Source: Squalus acanthias (Eukaryota). From it: a DNA stretch of 64,000 bases. The stretch spans positions 106,394,001-106,458,000 of the forward strand of contig CM059432.1 in NCBI GenBank assembly GCA_030390025.1, written 5' to 3'. The notes under the pieces are model-generated. The model was not told where the DNA came from. It worked only from the letters and a program-made list of their open reading frames with translations, and ran no database searches. A program made the position numbers and the translations under genes. The stretch's first letter is position 1, and each line of letters opens with the position of its first letter. This document shows positions 1 to 10,882 of this stretch, piece after piece.

Positions 1-1090
1 GGGTGCATGAACAGAAAAACCTGGGGGTACATGTGCATAAATTATTGAAGGTGGCAGGGCAGGTTGAGAAAGTGGTTAAAAAAGCTTACGGGATCCTGGG
101 CTTAATAAATAGAGGCAGAGTACAAAAGCAAGGAAGTTATGATAAACCTTTATAAAACACTGATCCGGCCTCAACTGGAGTATTGTGTCCAATTCTGGGC
201 ACCACACTTTAGGAAGGATGTGAAGGCCTTAGAGAGGGTGCAGAAAAGATTTACGAGAATTATTCCAGGGATGAGGGACTTCAGTTATAAAATAAAAACA
301 GAAAATGCTGGAGATACTCAGCAGGTCAGGCAGCATCTGTAGAGAGAGAAACAGAGTTAACCTTTCAGGTCGATGACCCTTCGTCAGAACAGGAAAAAGC
401 TGGAGATGGAACAAGTTTTTAAGCAAGGGCAGGGAAAGGGGGAGGGGAGGAAAGAACAAAAGGGAAGATCTGTGATAGGATGGAAGGCAGGAGAGATTAA
501 GAGTCAAAAGGGATGATGGTGCAAGGCAAAAGGAGATGGTCATGGGACAAGTTAAGAAACAAAAGATGGCTCCAGATGAGGTGTAAATGGCGATGGCAGA
601 ATGATCGACAGCTGCCATGTGAGAGAGAGAGAAAAAAAAAGATCGGGGCAGGGACTTCAGTTATGTGGATACACTAGAGAAGTTAGGGTTCTTCTCCTTA
701 GAGCAGAGAAGGTTGAGAGGAGATTTGACAGAGGTATTTAAAATCATGAGGGGTCTAGACAGAGTAGATAGAGAGAAACTGTTCCCATTGGCAGAAGGGT
801 AGAGAACCAGAGGACACAGATTTAAGAAGATTGGCAAAAGAACCAAAGGCGACATGAGGAAAAACTTTTTTACGCAGCGAGTGGTTAGGATCTGGAATGC
901 ACTGCCTGAAAGGGTAGTGGAGGCAGATTCAATTGTGGCTTTCAAAAGGGAATTTGATAATTACCTGAAGGAAAAAACTTTGCAGGGCTACGGGGAAAGG
1001 GCGGGGGAGTGGGACTAGCTGAAGTGCTCTTGCAGAAAGCTGGCATGGGCTCGACGGGCCGAATGGCCTCCTTCTGTGCTGTAACCATTC
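1..1090 (+). mobile_element. CR1 LINE 3' portion, interrupted at 289-649
   Basis: LYKTLIRPQLEYCVQFWAP..ERVQKRFTR (CR1 ORF2 C-terminus) and 3' tail GGGCCGAATGGCCTCCTTCTGTGCTG. Confidence 0.9.
289..649 (-). mobile_element. Penelope-type pLTR fragment (family B) with hammerhead motif
   Basis: 15-bp TSD AGGGACTTCAGTTAT at 274-288 and 650-664. Minus strand reads GTT CTGACGA A GGGTC ATC GACCT GAAA GGTT AAC at ~354-392. Confidence 0.8.
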
Positions 1091-2175
1091 GTCCACCACA
1101 ATTCACGACTTGATGTGGTAGGACTGCAGAGCTTTGATCTGATCTGCTGATTGTAGGATCGCTTAGCTCTGTCTATAGCATGCTGCTTCCGCTGTTTAGC
1201 ATGCATGTAGTCTTGAGTTGTAGCTTCACCAGGTTGGCACTTCATTTTTAGGTACACCTGGTGCTGCTCCTGGCATGCTCTTCTACACTCCTCATTGAAC
1301 CAGGTTGGTCCCCTGGCTTGATGGTAATGGTAGAGTGAGGGATATACCAGGCCAAGAGGTTACATATTGTGGTGGAATACAATTCTGCTGCTGACGATGG
1401 CTCACAATGCCTCATGGATGCCCAGTTTTGAGCTGCTAGATCTGTTCTGAATCTATCCCATTTAGCACGGTGGTAGTGCCACACAACATGACGGAGGGTG
1501 TCCTGGGTTTGAAGACGGGACTTCGTCTCCACAAGGCCTGTGCAGTGGTAACTCCTACCAATACTGTCGTGGACAGATGCATCTGCAACAGGTAGATTGG
1601 TGAGGACAAGGTCAAGTAGGATTTTCCTCGTGTTGGTTCTCTCACCACCTGTCGCAGGCCCAGACTGGCAGTTATGTCCTTCAGGACTCTACCAGCTCAG
1701 TCAGTAGTGGTGCTACCGAGCCACTCTTGGCGATGGACATTGAAGTCCCCCACCCAGAGTACATTCTGTGCCCTTGCTACTCTCAGTGCTTCTTCCAAGT
1801 GGTGTTCAACATGGAGGAGTACTGATTCATCAGCTGAGGGAGGGCGGTAAGTGGTAATCAGCAGGAGGTTTCCTTGCCCATGTTTGACCTGATGCCGTGA
1901 GACTTCATGGGGAGTCAATGTTGAGGACTCCCAGGGTCACAACCTCCCGACTGTATACCACTGTGCTACCACTTCACGTGGGTCTGTCCTGCCGGTGGGA
2001 GAGGACATACCCAGGGATGGTGATGGTGGAGTCTGGGAGTTGACTGAAAGGTATGATTCTGTGAGTATGACTATGTCAGGCTGTTGCTTGTAAGTTCTGT
2101 GGGACAGCTCTCCCAATTTTGGCACAAGTCCCCAGATGTTAGTGAGGAGGAATTTTCAGGGTAGACTGGGCTGTG
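1091..2175 (-). mobile_element. Fragment (endonuclease region) of the single-ORF Zenon-like CR1-group LINE
   Basis: Frameshifted PKLGELSH..PDIVILTESYL, LITTYRPPS, WVGDFNVH, VVWHYHRAKWD. Homologous to 11450-12410. Confidence 0.85.
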
Positions 2176-2440
2176 TGATGGAGTACGCACCACTCACTTG
2201 GAAGGATGCTGTCGCAACACTCAAGAACCTCAACACCATGCAAGACATAAGCAATCCAGTTGATTGACGCCCCTGCCACTGAACTCCAAGTCCACCCTCT
2301 GCACCGCTGGCACACTTTGGCTGCAGTATGTATTATCTACAGGATGCACGTGCACTAACTCATCAAGTTTACTTCAAAAGCACCTCCCAGCCCTCCAACC
2401 TCTACTACTGAGGACAAGTAACAATATCATGGGAACATCA
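2176..2440 (+). mobile_element. Old degenerate 3' fragment of the same Zenon-like LINE
   Basis: Aligns by eye with 13638-13718 plus 17065-17250. Confidence 0.65.
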
Positions 2441-3324
2441 TAAGATACAACAACTTGTATTTATATAGCGCCTTTAATGTAGGAAAATGTCCCACGGTGT
2501 TTCACAGAAATGTAGTCAGACAAACATTGGCAGAGCCAAAGAAGGAGATATTAAGATGGGGACAAAAAGCTTGGTTAAAGAGGTAGGTTTTAAGGAGGAT
2601 CTTAAAGATGGATTGTTGCTGGGTCAAAATCCTGGAATTCCCTACCCAACGGTGCTACCCTTGCTGTCTCAGCACAGATCAAGGAGCAAACCCGTATGGC
2701 TTTATTATGTAATTACCCACTAAGCCATTGGTGAGGCCAAGTGCTGATGAAAAGTAATGATGTTGTGGTATTTTCATTAAAAGTAGGACTCAGATGCAAA
2801 TTACAACTAGAGTTTAAAACAAAAGCCCATTTGTATCAAAATTAGTGCAGATTTAGGTTCATCTTAAGAGGGGCACTATCTGTAACACAAGAAATTGTCT
2901 AAAGCATGGCACACAGCAATGACTGAAGGTAGCCAATAATGTGCCAATAAATATAAATCCCATGACATTTTGAGGCTTGTCTCCACATCTTTTTTGGTGA
3001 TCTGAAAAAGTATGTAAAAAAAAATAGCAGACTCAGGAAGCTTAGAATTCTCTATAGATACTGGAAATGTAAAGTTAAAAGGCAAAAAGGATCAATATGC
3101 CATAATTAAATCACTAATTGTTTCAATATCCAGGCTGTGCATGAACAATCTGCAAATTTTACTCAGTAAAAATTACACAACTTCACCATTTGCTGACATT
3201 ACTAGGGCAATGATTTTATAACTAACTTCAAATGGCGAGGCCATCCCATGATGTACATGTTACAACTTTTTTTTTGGGGGGGGGGGGGGGGGGCGGTGAG
3301 GAAGGAAGGAGGCCACATGACAGT

Positions 3325-3600
3325 TTGTTATTCAACCCAAATGGCTCACTAATTCAATTTAAGGAAGAAAACCTGCCATCCTAACCCGGTCTGGCCTATA
3401 TGTGACTCAAGTCCCACACCAATGTGATTGACTCTTAATGGCCCGCTGAAGTGACCCAGTAAGCCATTATTAGCCATACTTGCATCAAATTACTTGCACC
3501 GGCTCAAGAAGTAGTCCCACCACCACCTTCACAGGACAACTAGGAATGGGGGAATAAATGTCGGCCGTGCCAGCAACACCCACATTTGGAGAATTATTTT
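3325..3600 (+). mobile_element. Bipartite non-autonomous derivative (5' body + 3' tail) of the Zenon-like LINE
   Basis: GGAAGAAAACCTGCC..TGGCCTATATGTGACTC..GACTCTTAA matches 11215-11300 and is joined directly to a tail matching 17395-17480. Confidence 0.75.
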
Positions 3601-3691
3601 TTTTAAAACCCATCTGTATCTGAACACACACGTGCGCATGCACAGAGTTAATTATCCCTTTAAGAAGTCCTTGTTTACGTAAAAGCTTCAC

Positions 3692-3860
3692 CTGACAGTG
3701 TATCAAATGTTCTGTGCTTGAGTCGGATGGAAGCTGATCAGGGGTTCTGCAATCAGGTATGATGAGCAACATGTTTGATGTATCAGCCATCTTCAGATCG
3801 TAAGTTTTATCTTCACTACACAACACAGCACGTTCATCCTTATCACCTCGGATAATCAGG
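3692..3860 (-). CDS. DSCC1: DSCC1 coding exon 2
   Basis: Acceptor TTTTGCTTTTAG, 169 nt, (S)LIIRGDKDERAVLCSEDKTYDLKMADTSNMLLIIPDCRTPDQL..HCQ, donor CAG|GTGAAG. Phase joins exon 1 (AG+C=Ser). The gene continues left of the window. Confidence 0.96.
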
Positions 3861-4054
3861 CTAAAAGCAAAAGTCAAAACACTGAAGACTAATTGAATAT
3901 TGTTTAAGAAGAATTAAAACAGACATTTCCCATTTTATTTGGAAATGTCAAAATATAAAAATTGTGCATACCATTCAGCTCTCCAAGGCAACACAGAAGC
4001 CTAGGAAGTCCTAAACTACCACATTATACAGTTGCTTAGCAGCGGAACAGTTGT

Positions 4055-6180
4055 ATAGAATTTCATAGAATATACAGCACAAAAGCAGGCCGTTCGGCCC
4101 AACCAGTCCATGCCAACATTTATGCTCCACTCGAGCCTCTTCCTCATCTAACTCTATCAGCGTAACCATCTATTCCCTTCTCCCTCATATGCTTATCGAG
4201 CCTCCCCTTAAATGCATCAAAACTATTCGCCTCAACTACTCCCCATGATAGTGAGTTCCACATTCGCACCATTCGCTGGGTGAAGAAGTTTCTTCTGAAT
4301 TCCCTATTTGTTTTCTTGGTGACCATCTTATATTGATGGCCTCTAGTTTTGCTCTTGCCCACAAGTGGAAACACTCCCTGTGTCTACTCTATCAAAACCT
4401 CTCAATTTTAAAGACCTCTATTAGGTCACCCCTCAGCCTTCTCTTTACAAGAGAGTTAAGAGACGCAGCCTGTTTATCCTTTCCCGATAGGTATAATCTC
4501 GCAGGAAGTTTTGGTATCCTCCTTGTAAATCTTTTTTGCACCCTCTCCAGTGCCTCTATATCCTTTCTTTAATATGGTGACCAGAATTGTATGCAGTACT
4601 CCGAATGTGGTCTAACCAAGGTTCGATACAAGTTTAGCATAACTTCTCTACTTTTCAATTCTATCCCATTAGAAATAAACCCTAGTCTCGGTTTGCTTTT
4701 TTAACGGCCTTATTAACCTGTGTCGCTACTTTTTGTGATTTGTACTCTCAGATCCCTTTGCTCCTCTACCCCATTTAGATTCTTATTTTCCAAGTAATAT
4801 GTGACCTCCTTAATTTTCTTACCAAAATGAAATACCTCACATTTACCGTATGTTGAAATTCATTTCCCAATTATATGCCCATTCTGCAAGTTTATTAATG
4901 TCTTCTTGTAATTTGTTGCAGTCTTCCTCAGTATTAACTATCACCCCCAATTTAGTGTCATCCGCAAATTTAGAAATTGTGTTTTTGATTCCAAAGTCTA
5001 AATTGTTAATATAAATTGAACAACTGTGGTCCCAACACTGATCCTTGTGGGACCTCACTCCCCACCTTCTGCCACTCTGAAGAGCTATCCTTTACATCTA
5101 CGACATTACCCTTGTCGACTCTCTGTTACCTCTTCAAAGTAGAGGTTGGTCAAGCAAGACTTTCCCTTTTGAAATCTATGCTGACTATTCATTATTATGA
5201 TGCGGAGATGCCGGTGTTGGACTGGGGTGGACAAAAGTGAGAAGTCGCACAACACCAGGTTATAGTCCAACAGTTTTATTTGAAATCACAAACTTTCGGA
5301 GCGCTGCTCCTTCGTCAGGTGAAGTGAAGGAATAACTTCACCTGACGAAGGAGCAGCAGCTCCGAAAGCTTGTAATTTCAAATAAAACTGTTGGACTAGA
5401 ACCTGGTGTTGTGCGACTTCTCACATTCATTATTATGTTTTTGGTTTCTAGATATTTTTCTGTTTTCTTCTTTCGTAGGGATTCTATTTTTCCTACCACC
5501 GATGTTAAACTGACTGGTCTATATTTTCTTGGACATGTTGTATCTCCCCTCTTAAATATTGGTATAATGTTAGTTATCCACCAGTCCTCTGGCACTACAT
5601 CTTTTACCACCGAATTATTAAATGTGTAATAATGCCTCCGCTATCTCTTCCCTTGATCCTTTTAAAATGAGCAGATGCATTGTCCAGACCGAGACTTGTT
5701 TGATTCGTTTATTTAATATTTCTCCTCTTTTAATTTAAATGCAGTTATATCATTTCCAAGATCATGTGATGTCATGTCCACCTGATCCGTCTCCCTGGTA
5801 AATACTGAAGCAAAATAATTATTTAATATTTCTGCCACGTTGCCTGAGATTTTATCCTATCCGTCCCTTCGTGGCTCTATTCCCATCCCGACTTTCCTTT
5901 TATTTATGTGCCTGTAGAATATTTTACTATTTTGTGTCATGTTCCTTGATGATTTAATTTCATAGTTTCTCTTTGCCTTTCTAATTGTTTTTTTGACTTC
6001 TCTCCTAATCTCTTCATAGTCTCCCTTGTCATGCTCTCCCCTGCTGTCCATGTACTTAGTGTACGCTTCTTTCCTTACCCTCAATTTTTCCCTTATATCT
6101 TTATTCATCCAAGGTGTCTCAGTGGTGTTTAGTTTGTTCTTGTTTTTTAGCAGAATATATTTTTCCTGGACTCTGTTTAA
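4055..6180 (-). mobile_element. Degenerate CR1 LINE (ORF2 3' two-thirds)
   Basis: Fragments ISKFADDTKLG, YRPVSLTSVVGK and RRNFFTQR.VRMWNSL with many frameshifts. Confidence 0.9.
5198..5424. mobile_element. Inverted-repeat Penelope pLTR insertion (family A) with a hammerhead motif on each strand
   Basis: TSD ATTCATTATTA at 5187-5197 and 5425-5435. Left arm is the reverse complement of the Penelope 3' end at 27100-27222. Right arm lacks the terminal tail. Confidence 0.88.
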
Positions 6181-6309
6181 CTGTTATTTTAGGTGTTGAA
6201 TGGAAAAAACTCAGTTGTCAATGCAGAAATATTTCCCCCCCTTTTTAAACCTCTCAATTTTTTCCTGATTTTCTTCCTCTGAAATTGTAACTCAACAATT
6301 AATGGGAAT

Positions 6310-9150
6310 ATAGAATCATAGAAATTTACAGCATTCGGCCCATTACGTCTGTGCCAACCGAAAAAGAGCTATCTGGCCCTAATCGGATTTTTCAGCTTTT
6401 GGTCCGTAGCCCTGTAGGTTATGGCACTTCAAGTGCCTATTCAAGTACTTTTTTAAATGCAATGAGGGCTTCTGCCTCTACCACCCATTCAGGCAGTGAG
6501 TTCCAGACCCCCACCACCCTCTGGGTGAAAAACATTCTCCTCAACTCCCCTCTAAACCTTCTACCAATTACGTTAAATCTATAACTAGTGGCCTACTTCT
6601 GCTCCTATTTCTTATGTTCTTATGCCCCCTGGTTATTGACCTCTCTGCTAAGGGAAATAGGTCCTTCCTATCCACTCAATCTAGGACCCTCATCATTTTA
6701 TACACTTCAATTAAATCTCCCCATTGCCTCCTCTGTTCCAAAGAAAACAACCCCAGCCTATCCAATCTTTCCTCATAGCTAAAATTCTCCAGTCCTGGCA
6801 ACATACTTGTAAATCTCCTCTGTACCCTCCCTGGGGCAATCACATCTTTCCTGTAATGTGGTGACCAGAACTACACGCAGTACTCTAACTGTAGCCTAAC
6901 TAGTGTTTGATACAGTGCAAGCATACCCTCCCTGCTCTTGTATTTTATGCCTCAGCTAATAAAGCAAAGTATCCCGTATGCCTTCTTAACCACCTTATCT
7001 ACCTGTCCTACTACCTTCAGGGATCTGTGGACATGCACTCCAAGGTCCCTCTGTTCCTCTACACTTCTCAGTATCCTAACATTTATTGTGTATTCCCTTG
7101 TCTTGTTAGCCCTCCCCAAATGCAGTACCTCACATTTCTCCAGATTGAATTCCATTTGCCACTTTTCTGCCCACCTGACCAGTCCATTAATATCTTCCTG
7201 CAGTCTATAGCTTTCTTCCTCATTATCAACCACACGGCCAATTTTTGTATCATCTGGAAACTTCTTAATCATGCCCCCTACATTGAAGTCTAAATCATTG
7301 ATATATACCACAAAAAGCAAGGGACCTAGTACTGAGCCCTGTGGAACCCAACTGGAAACAGCTTTCTAGTCACAAAAACACCCATCAACCATTACCCTTT
7401 GCTTCCTGCCACTGAGCCAATTTTGGATCCAACTTGCCACTTTCCCTTGGATCCCATGGGCTTTTACTTTTCTGACCAGTCTGCCATGTGGGACCTTGTC
7501 AAAAGCCTTGCTAAAACCCATCTAGACTACATCAAACGCACTACCCTCATCGACCCTCCTTGTTACCTTCCCAAAAAATTCAATCAAGTTAGTCAGACAT
7601 GACCTTCCCTTAACAAATCCATGCTGACTGTCCTTGATTAATCTGTGCCTTTCTAAATTATGATTATTATCCCTCAGAATTTTTTCCAATAATTTGCCCA
7701 CCACTGAGGTTAAGCTGAATGGCCTGTAATTACTCAGTCTATCTTTTTCTCCCTTTTTAAATAACGGTACAACGTTAGCAGTCCTCCAGCACCACACCTG
7801 TAGCCAGAAAGAATTGGAAAATGATGGTCAGAGCCTCTGCTATTTCCTCCCTTGCTTCTCGTAACAGCCTGGGATAGATTCTATCCAGGTCTGGTGATTT
7901 ATCTACTATCAAAGATCTTAAACCCCTTAATATTTCCTCTTTCTCTTTCTATTGTTTATCTCATCTCATATTTTACACTCCTTCTCCTTAACTACAATGT
8001 CTGCATCGTCCCTCTCTTTTGTGAAGCAGACGTAAAGTATTCATTCAGAGCCATACCCATTTCTTCCGCCTCAACACAGGTTACCTTTATGCCTCTAATC
8101 GGCCCTACTCTTTATTTAGTTATCCTCTTGCTCTTTATGTATTTATAAAACATCTTTGGGTTTTCCTTGATGTTACTTGCCAATATTTTTTCATGCCCTC
8201 TCTATGCTTTCCTAATTTCCATTTTAATTTCACCCCTGCATTTTCTATACTCTCGGCTTTCTGCAGTATTTTGCTTTCAGTATCGGACATAAACTTCCTG
8301 TTTTTGCCTTATCCTACCCTGTATACTCCTCGATATCCAGGGGGCTTAGATTTGGGAGTCCCACCCTTTTCCTTTGTGGGAACATATTGGCTCTGAACCC
8401 TCACTATCTCCTCCTTGAATGCCCACCACTGCTCTGACACTGATTTAGCTTCAAGTAGCTATTTCCAGTCCACTTTTGCTAAATCACATCTTAGTAAAAG
8501 TGGCCTTTCCCCCATTGATAACTTTTACTCCTGGTCTATCTTTGTCCTATTCCAGAACTACACTAAATAGAAAGAAAAAAAGAAAGAATGACTTCCATTT
8601 ATATAGCGCCTTTCACAACCACCGGTCGTCCCAAAGCACTTTACAGTCAATGAAGTAGTTTTTGAAGTGTAGTCACTGTGTAATGTAGGGAACGTGGCAG
8701 CCAATTTGCGCACAGCAAGTTCCCACAAACAGCAATGTGATAATGACCAGATAAATTGTTTTAGTGAGGTTGGTTGAGGGATAAATATTGGCCAGGACAC
8801 CGGGGATAACTCCCTTGCTCTTCTTCGAAATAGTATCATGGGATCTTTTACGTCTCATCCGAGAGATGGCAGCTCTGACAGTACAGCACTCCCTCAGCAC
8901 TGCACTGGAATGTCAGCCTAGATTTTTGTGCTCAAGTTTCTGGAGTGGGACTTGCACCCACAACCTTCTGACTCAGAGGCAAGGGTGCTACCAGCTGAGC
9001 CACAGCTGACACTAAATCTAACTGAAATATGATCATTACCACCAAAATGCTCTCCCATTGATACCCCTTCCAACTGCCCAGCTTCATTCCCGAAAACCAA
9101 TTCCAGAACCGCTCCTCTCTTGTTGGTCTGGCTACATGCTGGCTAAAGAA
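6310..9150 (-). mobile_element. Degenerate CR1 LINE with nested SINE
   Basis: LFVVYINDLD..KFPDDTKIG, SQHGFVKGRSCLTNLIEFF and HFGGNDH fragments. Confidence 0.9.
8569..9012 (-). mobile_element. tRNA-headed Deu-core SINE (SacSINE1/AmnSINE-like)
   Basis: Minus strand head GTGTCAGCTGTGGCTCAGCTGG..GGTGCAAGTCC, Deu-like core AAAAGATCCCATG..GGTGTCCTGGCCAA, tail GCGCTATATAAATG. Flanked by the repeat ACACTAAAT (8560, 9009). Confidence 0.85.
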
Positions 9151-9391
9151 GCTAACTATGTATTTAAACTTTATATATGTGGTCCTGGGAGGTCATGATG
9201 CGGAGATGCCGGTGTTGGACTGGGGTGGACAAAATTGAGAGGTCGCACAACACCAGGTTATAGTCCAACAGTTTTATTTGAAATCACAAGCTTTCGGAGC
9301 TATCGATTGCCCCTTCCTCAGGTGAAGTAAATTAGATACAGAATCGCCAAAGCATATATATATGCTTTGGCGATTCTGTATCTAATTTACT

Positions 9392-9433
9392 TCACCTGAG
9401 GAAGGGGCAATCAATAGCTCCGAAAGCTTGTGA
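9392..9433 (+). ncRNA. Minimal type I hammerhead ribozyme motif (mirror copy on minus strand 9284-9325)
   Basis: UCAC-CUGAGGA-A-GGGGC/GCUCC stem-GAAA-GC-UU-GUGA. Helix I is UCAC/GUGA, with palindromic AAGCUU in place of helix III. Confidence 0.8.
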
Positions 9434-9469
9434 TTTCAAATAAAACTGTTGGACTATAACCTGGTGTTG

Positions 9470-9632
9470 CTCTTTTTGGTTGAACAAATCAAAATTTACT
9501 GTAAATCAATTAAAACTTTAAATGAAACTTAATAAATCAAATCAAAATTTGGAAGTCCGGGGTGACGATGCACTCCAGCCCCCGCGGCGCCCACCGGTCG
9601 CGGAAAAACTCAAGCGTGCCGGCGGACAAATA
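9470..9632 (-). mobile_element. Tx1-clade (L1 group) LINE 3' end
   Basis: Minus strand encodes SAGTLEFFRDRWA.. followed by a T-rich UTR. 15-bp TSD TATAACCTGGTGTTG at 9455-9469 and 9633-9647. Confidence 0.75.
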
Positions 9633-9811
9633 TATAACCTGGTGTTGTGCGACCTCTCAATTTTGTCCTGGGAGGTGGCATTGTACGCATCTATGTGGCC
9701 CATGGTGACAAAAAGCTTGGACATCCCTGCTTTACAGACTCTGCCTGGTGAAGAGGGCAAGAGACACGCATTGTACTACAATCTCTTGCTGTTTGACAGC
9801 ATGAACCCTAC

Positions 9812-9981
9812 CTCTGCCCAGATTCGATGTATTTACAAAGCGTCTCGTCCAGTTCCATTAGACAGTAATCCCCCGAGCTGACACTATCACTGAACGACAT
9901 GCAGTGAACTAACGGGTGTAACTCGGCTGGGTCCAGTTTGGCGACCTGTAAAGTGGCCTGAATCTCCTGCAAAGTCCTCAT
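9812..9981 (-). CDS. DSCC1: DSCC1 coding exon 1 (sister chromatid cohesion protein DCC1, CTF18-RFC subunit)
   Basis: ATG at 9981 gives MRTLQEIQATLQVAKLDPAELHPLVHCMSF...DYCLMELDETLCKYIESGQ, matching the DCC1 N-terminus. Exon is 170 nt and ends AG|GTAGGG (phase 2). Confidence 0.95.
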
Positions 9982-10049
9982 GGTTTCAAACTGCTGCAGA
10001 GTGACACTGAACACCGCGCGCTCTATTCCATTGATGATTGACGTAGCAT

Positions 10050-10380
10050 TGAACCAATAGAGAAAGGGCCCGGAAACGTTCCAGAATCGGACACTGTATC
10101 TAATCAGAGGAGAAGGCGGGAGACGTGAATATTTCCCCCAACAATCGCGCCACTTCTTCAGCTGGCTGTGATCCTCACGTTTTGCGCATGCGCGGATACG
10201 ACCACGATTGCGCATGCGCAGTTTAACGTCAGTGCGTTGACGTCATCAGGCGCGCGTCTCCATTGACAGGTGGCGTTCCCGTATGCGGATAATGCGCTGT
10301 CCTGCACTGCCTGTTGCCAAGTCCGCGAATTTTAAGCAGGGTCTCTGCACACAATGATTGGCATTGATTGGGTTGAACTG
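10050..10380 (-). promoter_or_regulatory. DSCC1 CpG-rich promoter
   Basis: NRF1-type palindromes TGCGCATGCGC at 10183 and 10209, CRE TGACGTCA 10238-10245, CCAAT 10054, ATTGG 10357 and 10367, E2F-like GGCGGGA 10115, all upstream of the ATG. Confidence 0.75.
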
Positions 10381-10617
10381 GTGGGAGATTGAGGGACTGT
10401 TCACATAACTAAGTTTAATGTTGGTGACACTAAAGTTGGAGTGTAGACAGATAAGTGTTCTGAGCCCCCAATGGCATTCCAAACTGGCACGTTTATACCT
10501 GCATAGTTGCTGGGTCAAAAAACAGGGTTTGATATTGTAATGGTTACAGAACTGGACTAGTAACCCAGATAGTGTGAAGTCAAATGCCAAGCAGGTGGCC
10601 ATTCTTCATACTGAGAC

Positions 10618-10882
10618 GCAGCCCGTGGGGGTGGTCACACTGGCTGCCTGCCTTGCCCGTGGCCTTGCAGAAGGAGCACGTGGTGCCCGCCGGTACGCTT
10701 GATGCCTGCTGTGATCAGTGAGCACTGCAGGGACTGGTGGGCATGTTCGATAATGCAAATAATATTTAATTTTGTTTCCTTTATTTGATGGTTTAGTTCT
10801 TTATTAGTTGTGCCCCTCTAAAAAAGGGGCACATTTGTTAGGTTTGTTTTGTTTGATGCCCTTAGAGTTTTATTAAGAAAGG
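10618..10882 (+). mobile_element. Older Tx1-clade 3' fragment
   Basis: GCCCGCCGGTACGCTTGA.. is homologous to the 9470-9632 insert. Flanked by direct repeat CATACTGAGAC at 10607-10617 and 10883-10893. Confidence 0.6.

Larger units (their letters stand above)
9194..9668. mobile_element. Spacer-less palindromic Penelope pLTR insertion (family A), interrupted by a Tx1 fragment
   Basis: Palindrome centred at 9358/9359 on an AT dinucleotide run. TSD GTCCTGGGAGGT at 9182-9193 and 9665-9676. Confidence 0.9.

Noticed and set aside
9982..10215. N-terminal extension of DSCC1 suggested by the ORF track
   Set aside because: Homology starts at ATG 9981, and the upstream ATG lies within promoter motifs.
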